Of a DNA stretch of 64,000 nt, positions 29,912-43,386 are shown piece after piece. Both the position numbers and the translations under genes were made by a program. Position 1 is the stretch's first letter, and every line of letters starts with the position of its first letter. Source of the stretch: an uncultured delta proteobacterium (GTDB lineage Bacteria; Desulfobacterota; Binatia; UBA9968); contig CAVUZH010000024.1 in NCBI GenBank assembly GCA_963745835.1, forward strand, positions 320,001 through 384,000. The letters are read 5' to 3'. Under the pieces are notes generated by a model. It had not been told where the DNA came from. It saw nothing but the letters and a program-made list of their open reading frames with translations, and did not search any database.

Positions 29912-30068
29912 TTTCACCTCATCGAAACATTTTGATGGCTGCACTGCGGATCTTATTTGCAACAATAGGTGGGGTCAACCGATCCGACACTTTGCAGGAC
30001 AAAGTTGACGGTTACTCGCGGCAACAGTTAGATTGCCACTCACATCACCACACTGATCTCAATTCCCG

Positions 30069-31329
30069 GTGACAAAAGACATCGCAACACACGCCGCCAA
30101 CGATCCCGCTGCGCCAATCCGACCGTGGTCTGTCCCTCCTCATTCGGGACTATCGCCTGATCTTTATCGCGATTCTTTGCTCGAACACGTCAATGCACAT
30201 GCGCAACGTGGCCAGCTTGTATCAGGTTTACCAGTTGTCGGGATCTTCCGTGCAGCTTGGCATAGCCGGTTTTTTCCAAGCACTGCCGTTCATCTGTTTT
30301 GGTCTTTTCGGCGGCGTACTCGCCGACACGTACAACCGTAAAAAGCTGATCTTATTCACCGCCGGATTTAACTTGCTGCCCGGTTTGGCGCTTGGAGTAT
30401 TAACCGCCACGGGAGCCGTGCAGGTTTGGCATGTCAACGTGTTGAATGTCGTAACCTCATCCTTGCAAGTCCTCGGTGGTCCGGCGCGCCAGGCAATTTT
30501 TCCGAGCTTGGTGCCGCAAGCTTATCTTCTAAACGCGGTTACTATGGTGGTGTTAGTGATGCAGGGAACACAGCTAACTGCGCCGGTTTTTGCCGGGTTC
30601 CTTATCGATTTCTTCGGCGTGGCTGCTTCCTATATCGCCGATGCTTTATTGCTGGTACCGGCTATCTGTTGCGTTTTGCTGGTCCGCAGTTCAGGACAAC
30701 CCCAAGGCGCGCGCCGACAGGTGAGCTGGCGCAGCCTGATCGAGGGTTTTGAGTTTCTCTACCATACGCGCATTATCCTCTCGCTGTTTCTGTTGGATTT
30801 CTTCGCCGTGCTGTTCGGTTTTTACCGTCCGATACTGCCGATCTTCGCCGCCGACGTCTACAACGTCGGCGCACGCGGCCTGGGCGCGCTCTACGCCGCC
30901 CCAGCGATTGGAGCTCTCATCGGCTCCGGCATCCTACTCGCTGCCGGAGAGATCAAGCGTAAGGGAGCCCTGTCGATTGCCGCGACATTGCTCTTCGGGT
31001 TGAGCTTGGGATTCTTGGGAGTATCGAGATGGTTTTGGCTCGGTCTCGTCGCGGTCGGTATTTTGGGATTGGCCGATGCCATCAGCGTGACGGTACGCCG
31101 CACGGTTGTGCAGACTCTCGCGCCTGACGATATGCGCGGCCGTGCAACAGGCTTCTTAACGGTCTTTGCCCAAACCACCAATGCGCTTGGAGCAGTCATG
31201 GCGGGTGCAGGAGCCGCGCTGCTCGGCGCTCCAAACGCCGCCCTCGTCGGCTGCATACTGTGCACGTTAACGGTTTTGGCTGTTTGCTGGGCGATCCCCC
31301 AGCTGTGGTCGTATCGTTCGGGCCGTTGA
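30069..31329 (+). CDS. MFS transporter (frameshift near the start)
   Basis: About 12 TM segments; GGVLADTYNRK motif A. Confidence 0.85.
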
Positions 31330-31515
31330 GTGGAAACAGTTCAAAAGTTCAACCGTTCAAGGTTCAACGTGAAGAAATTCGATAGACGGGTCATCAGGTT
31401 TGTCGTTAAGGATCAACGTCGATGCTCCCGGTGGAGGGTAAGCTTAAAGGAGAAGTAAACCATCCCGCAGCAAGTTGACGGGTATCAAAACATGGCGGTG
31501 CGAATCTACCGAAAG

Positions 31516-31592
31516 GCATCACCCGAATGTTTTAATGGGGGTCTAGTTCCGGTCTCGCCTGGATTCCGATAGAAGCATTCGGGAATGACGGA
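31516..31592. repeat. REP-like palindromic element (…GGATTCC…GGAATGACGG family)
   Basis: CTGGATTCCG...CGGGAATGACGG, the same family as the element at 48311-48400. Confidence 0.45.
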
Positions 31593-31636
31593 CTCTAAGA
31601 GGCCCGGGAATAACTCTTTACGCAGCAAGCCACGGG

Positions 31637-32933
31637 TTAACTTCTCGTCAACAAAACGACGGTTTCCACTTGCTCGGTTTGTGGGAACATATCGAGTGGC
31701 TGCAACCGGCGCACGCGGTAACGATGATCGACCAGTTTAGCGAGATCGCGCGCCAAGCTGGTTGGGTTGCACGACACGTAGATTAAATTAGAAGCGTTCA
31801 CCTCAAGGATCGCCTCCATGGCCGCTGGCTGAACCCCCTTACGCGGCGGATTGAGCACGACCAGATCAATTTCACCCAGCATTTTTTTGGTTTCGGCCAG
31901 CTTCCCTGCGACATCGGCCGGGAAGAAGCGGCAATTCGATATGCCGTTTCTGCGTGCATTCTGTTTCGCTGTATCAATCGAAACCGGGCTGTCATCGATT
32001 CCCCAAACCAGCCGGGCGCTGCCGGCCAGATAAAGAGATATCGGCCCGACACCGCAATACAGATCAAGCACCGTTTGAAGACCGTTGAGTGCCGCCATCT
32101 CGGCTACCAAATCGTAAAGCCTTTTCGCGCTGGACGGATTTGCCTGTGAAAATACGCCGGCGGGAAATCCAAGAATCAACGAGCCGATATTTTCGAGCAA
32201 GGTGTCGCGACCGGAGATGATGCGGTACCGGTCTCCCCAGATCACGTTACCGTGCTGTTCGTTGACGTTCTGGATAACGCCGTTAATGAAAGAAAATTTG
32301 CGACTCAGCGATCGAGCCAACGCGCCTCCTTGAGGAAAGTCGCGATGGCGCGTCACCAAGGTCACGCTCAGCTCGCGCCGGGCAAAGCTGTAGCGAAAAT
32401 CCAAATAGCGTAACTGGCCGCTGTCGTCTCTCTCGTCATAAGGTTCGATTCCCAGTTCAAGAATTTTTTTCTTCAGATACCCGAGCACCTGATTCACTGG
32501 ACGGGGATGTACCGGACAGGAAGAGATATCGATCACCCGATGGGTACCCGGCACATAAAGACCGGTTGCGATCTCGCCGCGAGTCCTGCGCACGACCAGT
32601 TTGATGCGCGCCCGGTAGCCCAGCCGGTGCGGTGCGGCGATCACCTCCGGCACTTCGGTGTGAACCAACGACGGATAACCGGCCAGCGAGCCGGCGACGC
32701 ATCTCCCGTTTTTTGAGCAACTGCGCGGGATATGGAACATTACTGAGGGGACAGCCGATGCAATATGGATAATGAGGGCAGGAAGATTCGTGCAGACCCT
32801 GTAGCGGCGTCGGATCATGCCGCTTCTGCGCCGGCTTAAATCGCCGATCGCGCTGGGTCTTAAACGAGCCTCGAACACTGTCGGATCTCGGTCGATTCCC
32901 TGGTGATGAACTGCTTGTAGATTTACTGTTCAC
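31637..32933 (-). CDS. rlmD: 23S rRNA m5U1939 methyltransferase (frameshift near 32690)
   Basis: CPHY..CIGC Fe-S motif, FSQAN, DLYCGVG, NPPRKG, YVSCNP and DMFPQT. Confidence 0.88.
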
Positions 32934-33024
32934 CCTTGAACGATACCGACCAGCCCCATCCAAATCAATTGCGAGATTTATTCTAATAGCAGGCTGCTTA
33001 AAAAGCCTCGGAGCGATGACCAGT

Positions 33025-33107
33025 ATCCTCGTGATCGTGTCCGTGCAAACCTGATCGAGAACTCCGAACGAACACGAACACGCGAGCACGAATTCACGAA
33101 TTGGGGG
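33025..33107 (+). repeat. interspersed CACGAA-rich repeat, copy 1
   Basis: CTCGTGATCGTGTCCGTG...GATCGAGAACTCC.AACGAACACGAACACGCGAGCACGAA also occurs at 58232 and 59920. Confidence 0.85.
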
Positions 33108-33255
33108 CGAGGCGGGCGGCGTTGGATCGATCTCGTTTCTCACCTACCATGATTCCAATCACGCGTTGGCTTGGTCGAGGATTCCGGTCACGAGATCTGG
33201 CACAACCTACTCAACCCATTGACAACCTATTAGGTCTACGATAAAGAACCTTTGT

Positions 33256-33332
33256 AAGTTTTGCGCGACTGGCGTTACGTGGAATTAACCACGAGGGAGT
33301 GCAAAGCATTAAGACGGCCGAACGCCTGGGTC
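33256..33332 (+). ncRNA. ZMP/ZTP (pfl) riboswitch
   Basis: GCGACTGGCG-N4-GTGGAATTAACCAC-GAGGGAG...GCCGAACGCCTGGG matches the pfl consensus; lies upstream of serine/purine genes. Confidence 0.85.
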
Positions 33333-33360
33333 TCTTAGCTAAAGAGGTTCAGGCTTTTTT
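33324..33360 (+). terminator. intrinsic terminator (riboswitch expression platform)
   Basis: GCCTGGGTCTCTT-loop-AAGAGGTTCAGGC followed by T6, overlapping the 3' aptamer stem. Confidence 0.75.
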
Positions 33361-33529
33361 ATGCCCTGCCAATCAACTTCGCCCAATTTCGTTTTTCGTC
33401 CATCGCTCTCCCTGCGACGTTTAGCTGCCGTCTGCCTCCGCCGGCTCAGGGCTGACGCCTGGTTATGCTCGTCCCTTGACCCGGCACGTTGCGTAGGTGC
33501 TAGAGTTTCCAGGGAGAAAAAATAAACCA

Positions 33530-34672
33530 ATGATCAAGCATTATCTATTGTCGCCCGGTCCGACGCCGATTCCCAACGAAGTCGCCTTGGCGATGTCGGA
33601 GACCATGATCCATCATCGAACGCCGCAGTTTAACAAGGTGTTCGAGCAGTCGCGCGAGGGACTCAAAAAGCTCTTCGGTACCAAAAATGACGTACTGATG
33701 CTCGCCTCTTCAGGCACCGGCGCCATGGAGGCATCGGTCGCCAACTTATTTTCGCCAGCCGATAAAGTCCTGGTTATCAATGGCGGCAAATTTGGCGAGC
33801 GCTGGCTCAATATCGCAAATGCTTTCGCTCTCCACCCCATCGAGCTGAAAGTCGAATGGGGGCAAAGCGGTAGAGGTCGAAGCTGTCGAGAAGCAACTAA
33901 AGCCCATCCCGACCTCAAGGGTGTCATGATCCAGGCCAGCGAAACCTCCACGACGGTGCTTCATCCCGTGAAGGAGATCGCCAAGCTGACTAAAAACGGC
34001 CCGCTATTTCTCGTTGATGGTGTCACTGCGGTTGGCGTGGTTTCGGTACCGCTCGATGACTGGGGCATCGATGTATTGGTAACCGGCTCGCAGAAAGCAA
34101 TGATGTTGCCGCCGGGCCTTGGGTTTATCGCCCTGAGCGACCGGGCTTGGGAAAGAACTAAACAAGCAACCTTGCCGCGCTTTTATTTCGACCTAAACCT
34201 CGAGCGCAAAAGCCAACAGAAAGGCTCCGGCGCTTTTACGCCGGCAGTCTCGCTGATCTTCGGTGTGCGCGCCTCGCTCGACATGATGCAGCGTGAAGGT
34301 CTCGATAACGTGTATGCCCGCCATGCGCGCATGTCACGGGCGACGCGGGCGGCAGCGACTGCTTTGGGATTGAAGCTACTCGCTCCCGATAGTCCCAGCC
34401 CGGCAGCGACCGGCGTCTACCTCCCCGAAGGAATCGACGCCGATCAGGTACTCGATTATTTGCGAGATCACATGAACATTACACTCGCCGAAGGACAAGA
34501 TCAGTTGAAAGGAAAAGTCATTCGCATCGCCCACGTCGGTTATATGGGCGCTTTCGACGTCATCACCGCTGTCGCGGCGCTGGAGATGGCGTTGCGTAAA
34601 TTCGGCGTTGAGCTTCCTTTCGGCAAAGGCGTGGCGGCGGCGCAAGAAGTTCTCATGGAGGCTTTGGCGTAA
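33530..34672 (+). CDS. class V PLP aminotransferase (serine-pyruvate/phosphoserine aminotransferase-like)
   Basis: PGPT, SGTGAME, VDGV and GSQKA (PLP Lys); adjacent to serA. Confidence 0.9.
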   Translation: MIKHYLLSPGPTPIPNEVALAMSETMIHHRTPQFNKVFEQSREGLKKLFGTKNDVLMLASSGTGAMEASVANLFSPADKVLVINGGKFGERWLNIANAFALHPIELKVEWGQSGRGRSCREATKAHPDLKGVMIQASETSTTVLHPVKEIAKLTKNGPLFLVDGVTAVGVVSVPLDDWGIDVLVTGSQKAMMLPPGLGFIALSDRAWERTKQATLPRFYFDLNLERKSQQKGSGAFTPAVSLIFGVRASLDMMQREGLDNVYARHARMSRATRAAATALGLKLLAPDSPSPAATGVYLPEGIDADQVLDYLRDHMNITLAEGQDQLKGKVIRIAHVGYMGAFDVITAVAALEMALRKFGVELPFGKGVAAAQEVLMEALA

Positions 34673-34674
34673 AG

Positions 34675-36258
34675 ATGAAGATCCTAGTCAGCGATTCTCT
34701 TGCGCCTCAAGGCTTGGAAGTATTTCAGCGCGCCCAAGGCTTTGAAGTAGATGTACGGATCGGCCTCAAGCCCGATGAGCTAAAAGAGATCTGCGCTGAC
34801 TATGACGGCTGGGTGATCCGCAGCGGCACCAGAATCACCGCCGACCTGATCGAAGCAGCGAAGAACTTGAAAGTGATCGGACGCGCGGGCGTGGGTTTTG
34901 AAAACATTGACGTCAATGCGGCAACCCAAAGAGGCATCGTCGTCATGAATACACCAGGTGGCAACAACGTCACCACCGGAGAACATACGATTTCGCTGAT
35001 GATGGCTTTGGCGCGTCACATCCCGCAAGCGGTCGCCTCTCTCAAAAGCGGCAAATGGGAACGCAACAAGTTCATTGGTATCGAGTTATGCAACAAGACC
35101 ATCGGCGTCATCGGCCTCGGCAATGTCGGTCGAATCGTTGCCGAACGCGCCGCCGGTCTGCGAATGAAAGTTATCGGTTTCGACCCGTTCATCTCAGCCG
35201 AGAATATCGCGCGCATGGAGGTCGAGCCCGCCACATTGGAAGAAATTTTTTCCAGGGCTGACTTTATTTCTGTTCACGTGCCGCTGACCGCTGAAACCCA
35301 TGGGCTCATCAACCGCGAAGCTTTCGCGAAAATGAAAACCGGCGTACGGATCATTAACTGCGCGCGCGGCGGCATCGTCGATGAACAGGATCTAGCCGAC
35401 GCGATCAAAGAGGGGAAGGTCGCCGGCGCCGCTCTGGATGTGTACGTCGATGAACCGCCCGCGGCTGACCACCCGCTGCTAAAAATGGACCAGGTCATTA
35501 CCACGCCGCATCTCGGCGCATCGACTGACGAAGCCCAGCTGAACGTGGCGGTCGCCGTGGCCGAACAAATGGTCGATTTTCTTGCCCAGGGCCTGGTTCG
35601 ATATGCTGTTAATGTTCCTTCTGTCAGCCCGGAGCTTCTAAAGATCCTCCGGCCATACCTGATCCTTGCCGAAAAGCTCGGCAGCTTACAGGTCCAGATG
35701 GCCGATGTATTGCCCCAGGAAGTTCACGTCGAGTATCGTGGTGAAGTGACCCAATACAACATCGCTCCGCTGACGTTGGCGGTCCTCAAAGGCTTGCTCA
35801 CCCCGGTGATGGAGTCGAGCGTGAATTACGTCAACGCGCCGATCATTGCAAAAGAGCGCGGTATTCAAGTTGTCGAATCGAAGAGCAGCAAGGCCGGCGA
35901 CTTTTCCAGTTCTATTACCGTCAAGATCGCCACCCAGGACCGTGCAGTGGAAGTGGAGGGAGCCATTTTCGGCGACAAACACCCGCGCATCGTCCGTGTC
36001 GATAACTTCTATCTGGAAGCCGCCCCCGAAGGATACATTCTCATATTGCGCAACAAGGACGTGCCCGGTGTGGTCGGTAACGTCGGCACGATATTGGGTA
36101 AAAACAGCATCAACATCGCGGGCATGGAACTCGGACGCGGCGCGAAAGGCGGCAATGCCATCTCGTTTATACACGTCGACGATCAAATTCCCAAAGAGAC
36201 CATGAAAGAACTGCGCAATCTGCCGCAAACGGTTTCAGCGGAATTAGTAAAACTATAA
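34675..36258 (+). CDS. serA: D-3-phosphoglycerate dehydrogenase
   Basis: RAGVG, GLGNVG, NCARGG, TPHLGAST and C-terminal ASB/ACT domains. Confidence 0.95.
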   Translation: MKILVSDSLAPQGLEVFQRAQGFEVDVRIGLKPDELKEICADYDGWVIRSGTRITADLIEAAKNLKVIGRAGVGFENIDVNAATQRGIVVMNTPGGNNVTTGEHTISLMMALARHIPQAVASLKSGKWERNKFIGIELCNKTIGVIGLGNVGRIVAERAAGLRMKVIGFDPFISAENIARMEVEPATLEEIFSRADFISVHVPLTAETHGLINREAFAKMKTGVRIINCARGGIVDEQDLADAIKEGKVAGAALDVYVDEPPAADHPLLKMDQVITTPHLGASTDEAQLNVAVAVAEQMVDFLAQGLVRYAVNVPSVSPELLKILRPYLILAEKLGSLQVQMADVLPQEVHVEYRGEVTQYNIAPLTLAVLKGLLTPVMESSVNYVNAPIIAKERGIQVVESKSSKAGDFSSSITVKIATQDRAVEVEGAIFGDKHPRIVRVDNFYLEAAPEGYILILRNKDVPGVVGNVGTILGKNSINIAGMELGRGAKGGNAISFIHVDDQIPKETMKELRNLPQTVSAELVKL

Positions 36259-36322
36259 GGAGAACGCCAGGAGGCGCGAGGTTCTGTGGGAGGATTTGAC
36301 ATTCGCCCCTACCGTGTCCTAG

Positions 36323-37637
<1,315 letters not shown>

Positions 37638-37772
37638 CCCGCAACCGGCAGCTGTTCTTAACCTTCTTTGGAAAGTCCCATTAAAAATAATTCTTCGGGA
37701 CCGAAGCTTGAATACCTGATCGGCGCGTGATTATCATGAGCGTATAGTCGAAGCAAACCCGGAGGAAGACAG

Positions 37773-38078
37773 ATGAACGGCGAAACTTCAAGAGAGAAAC
37801 TGATCAGCGATCTCAGAACCCTGGTCGGTGATGCCGAAGAGCTGTTAAGAGCCACGACCACCCAGGCCGGCGAAAAAGTCGCCGCAGCGCGACAAAGAAT
37901 CGAGCAAAGCTTGATCGAGGGCAAGAAGGCGCTGGCCGATGCCGAACAGGCCCTAATCGATACGTCCAAAGAATACGCCGACATTGCCGACGACTACATC
38001 CGGGAAAACCCCTGGAACGCAATCGCCATTGCCGCCGCCGTAGGGCTGTTATTGGGCCTGATGCTCCGTCGTAGCTAA
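37773..38078 (+). CDS. DUF883/ElaB/YqjD-family membrane-anchored protein
   Basis: YIRENPW..IAIAAAVGLLLG C-terminus. Confidence 0.85.
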   Translation: MNGETSREKLISDLRTLVGDAEELLRATTTQAGEKVAAARQRIEQSLIEGKKALADAEQALIDTSKEYADIADDYIRENPWNAIAIAAAVGLLLGLMLRRS

Positions 38079-38236
38079 ACGTATCCGATGACGCTTATAA
38101 AGAAGCATTGCACTAAAAAGCGCCCCAAAGGATCTTGCATCCTCCAAGTCGCTAGCCAGGGATCCACGCAAGCTCTACCAACTGATCAGAGTTATTGGTT
38201 GCCGAGGACAAGCTTCTTTGCCTTACTGGCGTGAAT

Positions 38237-39917
38237 TCATTCGGATCGCGCCCTTTCCTCTTTCCGCGGATCGGCCGCCCCGCTTAGTGAACCGCGATGC
38301 GCGGTGATCGCCTGCACCACCCCGAGCACGCTTCTCTCACGCAGAACGTGCCCGCGCCGCTCAAGTGATTTTTTCGTCTCGTTGGGAATATCATTCTCGA
38401 CGTTTAACTGATCCGGCAGCCATTGATGATGCACGCGCGGGGCTTCCACCGCTTTCCTCACCGGCATGCGAAAGTCCAGCACATTGAGAATAGTCTGAAG
38501 CGTGGCGCTGATGATCCGGGGGCCGCCCGCGGCGCCGACCACGAGTTCCGCCCGGTCGCCTTGCAGAACGATCGTCGGCGACATGCTGCTCAGCGGCCGC
38601 TTTCTAGGTTGGAGGGAATTGGCCTCATTGCCGACCAGACCGTAAACATTGCCGCTCGAATGGATCGCGAAATCGTCCATCTCATTGTTGAGCACAATAC
38701 CGGTGGCCGGCACCAGCAGTTTGGAACCGAACCGCGTGTTGACCGAAACCGTGCAAGCCACAGCGTTGCCGAAACGATCGATCACGCTGAAATGCGGTGG
38801 TTCCACCCAGCTCGGACTTAAAATTATCAGGCCGTAATATTTTGGCGGATGGGTTTTCGCCGCGGAAATACGACTTCGAATCCACGCGCCGTAGTCTTTT
38901 GACGTAATTAATGCAATCGGTGCCTTGACGAAATCCGGATCGCCTAAATATTGCGCGCGATCGGCGAATGCATGTTTCATGGTCTCGGTAATCAGGTGGA
39001 GATAGGTTGCCGAGTTGTACGGCAATCCGCTCAGCGGGTAGCCTTCGAGAACTTTGAGCATTTGCAGAATCGCCACGCCGCCCGAGCTGGGCGGCGGCAT
39101 GGTAATGACGGTGCGCTGGCGATAGTTGCCGATGAGAGGTTCCCGCCATACTGGCTTATAGCTTTTCAGATCGTCGCTGCTTAAAACTCCGCCTTCGCTT
39201 CTGATCGTTTCAACGATCGCGTCGGCGACCCAGCCTTGATAGAAAGCGTTGGCACCTTGAGAAGCGATCGCCTTCAAGGTTTCAGCCAATTGCGGCTGGC
39301 GAATCACGTCGCCTTCGTTTGGCACCTCATGGTTCGGCATATAGATCCGTCCGAGCGCGGAGAACTTCTTGATCGATTCCTGCTGACGATCGATCGCGTA
39401 ACGCAGTGTCGAGTCCAGGGGAAAGCCGTCGGCGGCGAGCGCGATCGCCGGCGCGACAAGAACCTGCAGCGGCATGCTCCCGAAGCGCTTGTGCGCCTCG
39501 GTTAAACCGGCGACTTCGCCGGGTACTGCTACCGCCAAAGCTCCGGTCAGGCTTAACGACGACACCGGCTTGCCGTCCTTCATGTATGTTCCTTGCGCGA
39601 CCCTTCCGGTGCGGTTTCGCGAAAATCTAACGCATGCGCACGCCGGTCCTTTGCTTGATAGATAACCATGAAGCCGCCGCCGCCGATTCCTGATGAAGCT
39701 TGATCCACCACAGCAAGCGCGAATGCCGTCGCAATCGCGGCGTCGACCGCATTGCCGCCACGATCGAGCATTTCCATCCCGATTTCGTCGCCAATGGGCT
39801 ATCCGACACCACCAAGCCGCTAGCGGCGCGCTGCGTGCGCGCTAACGACGGTTCAGTAAAAATGTTGAACAGGAAGAAAAAAACGCAGATGAAGGATCGG
39901 TGAATCAGAACGCGCAT
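38237..39917 (-). CDS. ggt: gamma-glutamyltransferase (frameshifts)
   Basis: [40 protein letters not shown] and GGPRI. Confidence 0.92.
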
Positions 39918-40108
39918 AAACTGATCATGTTTAGTTCTTTGCCTGGAGATTTGCAACTGAATTGCGTTCGAGTGAAAACCTTAACAAGAATGCTGGGGCC
40001 AGCTTCGATAAAATCGAGTGAGCAAACGATCATCGAGAACCAAGCGAGGTAGTTTACGCTTGCCATACCGTGCCCATTCCTCCATATTAGCTTGAACAGT
40101 TCAAAGTC

Positions 40109-43100
40109 ATGCAGACCATTCTCGGTCCCTTCCATCCACATCTGGAGAACGCGCTAGTCGAGGAGATTTGTAAATACAAAAATGCCGACCTCATCTGCCC
40201 GCTGCTGATTTTAGTTCCTTCTGATGCCCTACGGCGCCGTTTGAAAGTTCTGCTTTCGCGGGAGCGCAGTCTATCTTTCCTAAATCTGCAACTGCTGACG
40301 TTTTATCAATTGTCGGCGAAGCTGTGCGCTGAAGCGGAGGGACTCAGTCCGCCGATCCTGCGTGAAGAGCTCTTTCTCGAAGAGGCGTTGCGCCAGATCA
40401 TCCGCACGCGGCAGCCGGGCACGGAACCCTTCAGCGGTATCGAGGAACGCGCCGGCGGGTGCGCCGCGCTCTGGCAAAGCCTCAGAGATCTACGGGACGG
40501 AATGGTGCAACCGACTGTCGCGGAGGAAGCGCTGCGCGAAGGTCACTTCGATTCGAGAACACAGGAAAGGACAGCCAATCTCTTGAACCTGCTTCGGAGT
40601 TTTCTTAGTTTCTGTCACGAGCGCGACATCCGAGATTACTCCACCCTCGACAAGTTCGCCCTCGCACAGGCACCGTCATCGGTTTTCCTGGGGCAATTCG
40701 CGCAGGTTTTCTATTACGGCTTCTACGATTTAACCCAAATTCAGGTGGATCTTTTCCATGCCGTCGCGCAAACCTACCCAACGACTCTGTTCTTCCCTCT
40801 GTTAAACACTCAGCCGGTCCATGAAGGCTGGCAATTCGCGGCGCGCTTTTATCACGGCTACGTACAGGGCCGGGCCGGTACCGAGGCGACAAACAATCTG
40901 GTGATCGAATCCGCATCACGGAGCTGAGTTGCCTCAAAGTTTCGGTATTTTTGATCAACACCCTCTAAGGCATTACCAATCGATGCCTGCCAGTTGGCGG
41001 TGCCGGATCTTTAATACTTTCGGCATTCACGACGAGATCAGCGCGGTGGCAAAGCAAATCCTGCTTCTGACCGGCGAGGACAACATGGCCTTCGATCAGA
41101 TAGGCGTGGTCGCGCGCACTCTCGATGATTATGGCGCCACCATCAAAGAGGTCTTTGCCCAACATAAGATCCCGATCAGCGGCTCCATCGAGGAACCCGT
41201 GGTGCAGTTTCCTTTGACCAAGGCTGCCATCCTCTTGATGAACCTTGCGGCGCAAAACTACCCGCGCTCGCACGTGATCGATCTGTTGTCGTCTGCCTAT
41301 TTTCGACTGAACGGGTCGGCAAAAGAGCCAAGCGAGCTTCGTACCGATCTATGGGATTTGGCCAGCCGGGAGCTGGCGATCTGCAAAGGAATCGAGGAGT
41401 GGCAAAGAATCGACCGGTACACCTCCCAAGGTATGAAGTTGTCCCGAGTATCGGATGACGATGACCGGCGCTTTATCGAGATTCCAGCAGCGCAGCTGCG
41501 CACTCTGGCAACTATTTTAAAAAGACTCCATAGCCATTTATCCCGGTTACCGCAGCACGCCTCTTGGAGTGAATATGCCGATTCATGGAAGAAATTGTTC
41601 GCGGAATATCTCGGCATCGAGCCTGAACCGAGCGCCGACTTCAACGCCGCTGATAGATTGATCTGTAAGCAAATCATCGAGATTCTCGATGAAATCGCTG
41701 GTCTTGACGCGGTTCAGGACGATGTTCCGCTAGGCGACTTTACCGAGAGTTTTGCGCGCTGGCTCGCCCGCAGCACCATCGTCGAAAGCGATAAGAATAT
41801 AGGTGGCGTCACCGTGTCGAGCGCCAGCGCCGCTCGCGGGATTAGATTTCGCGCGCTATTCATCGTCGGCATGAACGAAGGCGTTTTCCCACGCACGATT
41901 CGTGAAGACGCGTTTCTGCGCGATCGCGATCGCGAGGTGCTGGAGCGCGATTTCGGCTACAAAGTGAGTCAGAAGCTCGCCGCTTTCGATGAAGAGAAGC
42001 TGGTTTTTACCCTGCTGGCAAACTCGGCCAGCGAGCGGCTCTATTGTTCGTTTCAGCGCTCCGATGAAAGCGGCAGAGCGTTAGCGCCGTCATGGTATCT
42101 CGACGAGCTCAAACGCGCATTTTCAGGCGGAAAGCAAAAATATGTTGCCGAAGATACGATTCCGCGCAGCGCCATCGACAAAGCGATTTGTCATCCTTTC
42201 GATCGCGAAGAATTGCTCCTCCCGTCCGAGTTAGCTATTCGCCTCAACCTCACAGGCAGAGACTCAAAATCCTTGATCGAAGCGGCCGATCTTTCGCCCA
42301 ATCTATACAAGCAAGGCCTTGAAAACATACGACGGATCGATCTCAGCACCGAGCGGGTCGGTATGTTCGACGGCATGATCCAAGCACCGGCTAAACACTG
42401 GCTGCGCTTTACACAGCACGGCCTCTCGCCCACCGCATTGGAACTTTACGCACGCTGCCCATTTCAGTACTTCGCGCGCCAGATGCTTGGACTCGAACAG
42501 TTGGAAATACCTGAAGAAGTGATCGAGCCATCGGTAGCGGAAGCCGGCAAGCTGGGTCACGACATTTTAAAAGCTACCTACCAGGTATTAATCGATGCGC
42601 GGCTATTTCACAAAAGATTCCTCATTCATCGATGTCGATACATTTTATCGGCGGCGTCTCAGGATATTTTTACCAAATATGAGAGCCGAGCATCCTGTCG
42701 GTTATCCTTTGCTCTGGGCGAGCTTTTGCGAAGGCTTAACTGAGCTTACCCGCGCTATTCTGCACGCTGATCTCGAAGATCTCCGCCAATCGGGCTATAC
42801 GCCCGTGGAATTGGAACTCGGCATAACCGGCCAGCTACCCGGTGACTGGCCCGAGGTGATTCGAGGCCTTGCAATTCGGGGACGCATCGATCGCCTGGAT
42901 GTGGATCGGACCCGAAATCGTCTGCGCATTGTCGATTACAAGTTCAAACGTAGCAGCAGTGCTACTGCCGCGGAAAAGGATCTCGATACAGCCGCGCTGC
43001 GCGGCGAGAAGCTACAGCCGCCGATCTATTCGCTGCTCGGCAAGTATTGGGTGGAAGTCAACGAAAGAGAGATACGCAAGCCCGAAATCGAGGCCACTTT

Positions 43101-43386
43101 ATTCTATATTGCGCCGGCCTGGAGTGATGGCCCGCTCGTGCGAAAGACATTCAGCGCGGTGACTCTCGGAAGCAAAGTCGGAGAGGAAATTAAAAAAACC
43201 GTCGCTGAGCTTGTTACCGGCATCCGATCCGGCAGATTTTTTATGCAGCCAAGCCACTACTGCAAATATTGCGAAGTCGCGGAAATATGCCGCAAAAATC
43301 ACCCGCCGAGTCTCTGGCGCACGGAAAACGATCCGATCACCGCGCCGCACCGACAGTTGCGCGAGAAAGAGTCCAAAAAGTGTTGA
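40109..43386 (+). CDS. addB: AddB/RexB-like nuclease subunit (frameshifts near 40925 and 42600)
   Basis: Inactive helicase-like N-terminus; SPTALE.YARCPF, RGRIDRLD, VDYK and C..C...C Fe-S motif. Confidence 0.75.

Noticed and set aside
42400-43386. Cas4 nuclease
   Set aside because: The PD-(D/E)xK and Fe-S motifs are the C-terminus of the AddB-like subunit directly upstream of an AddA-like helicase.
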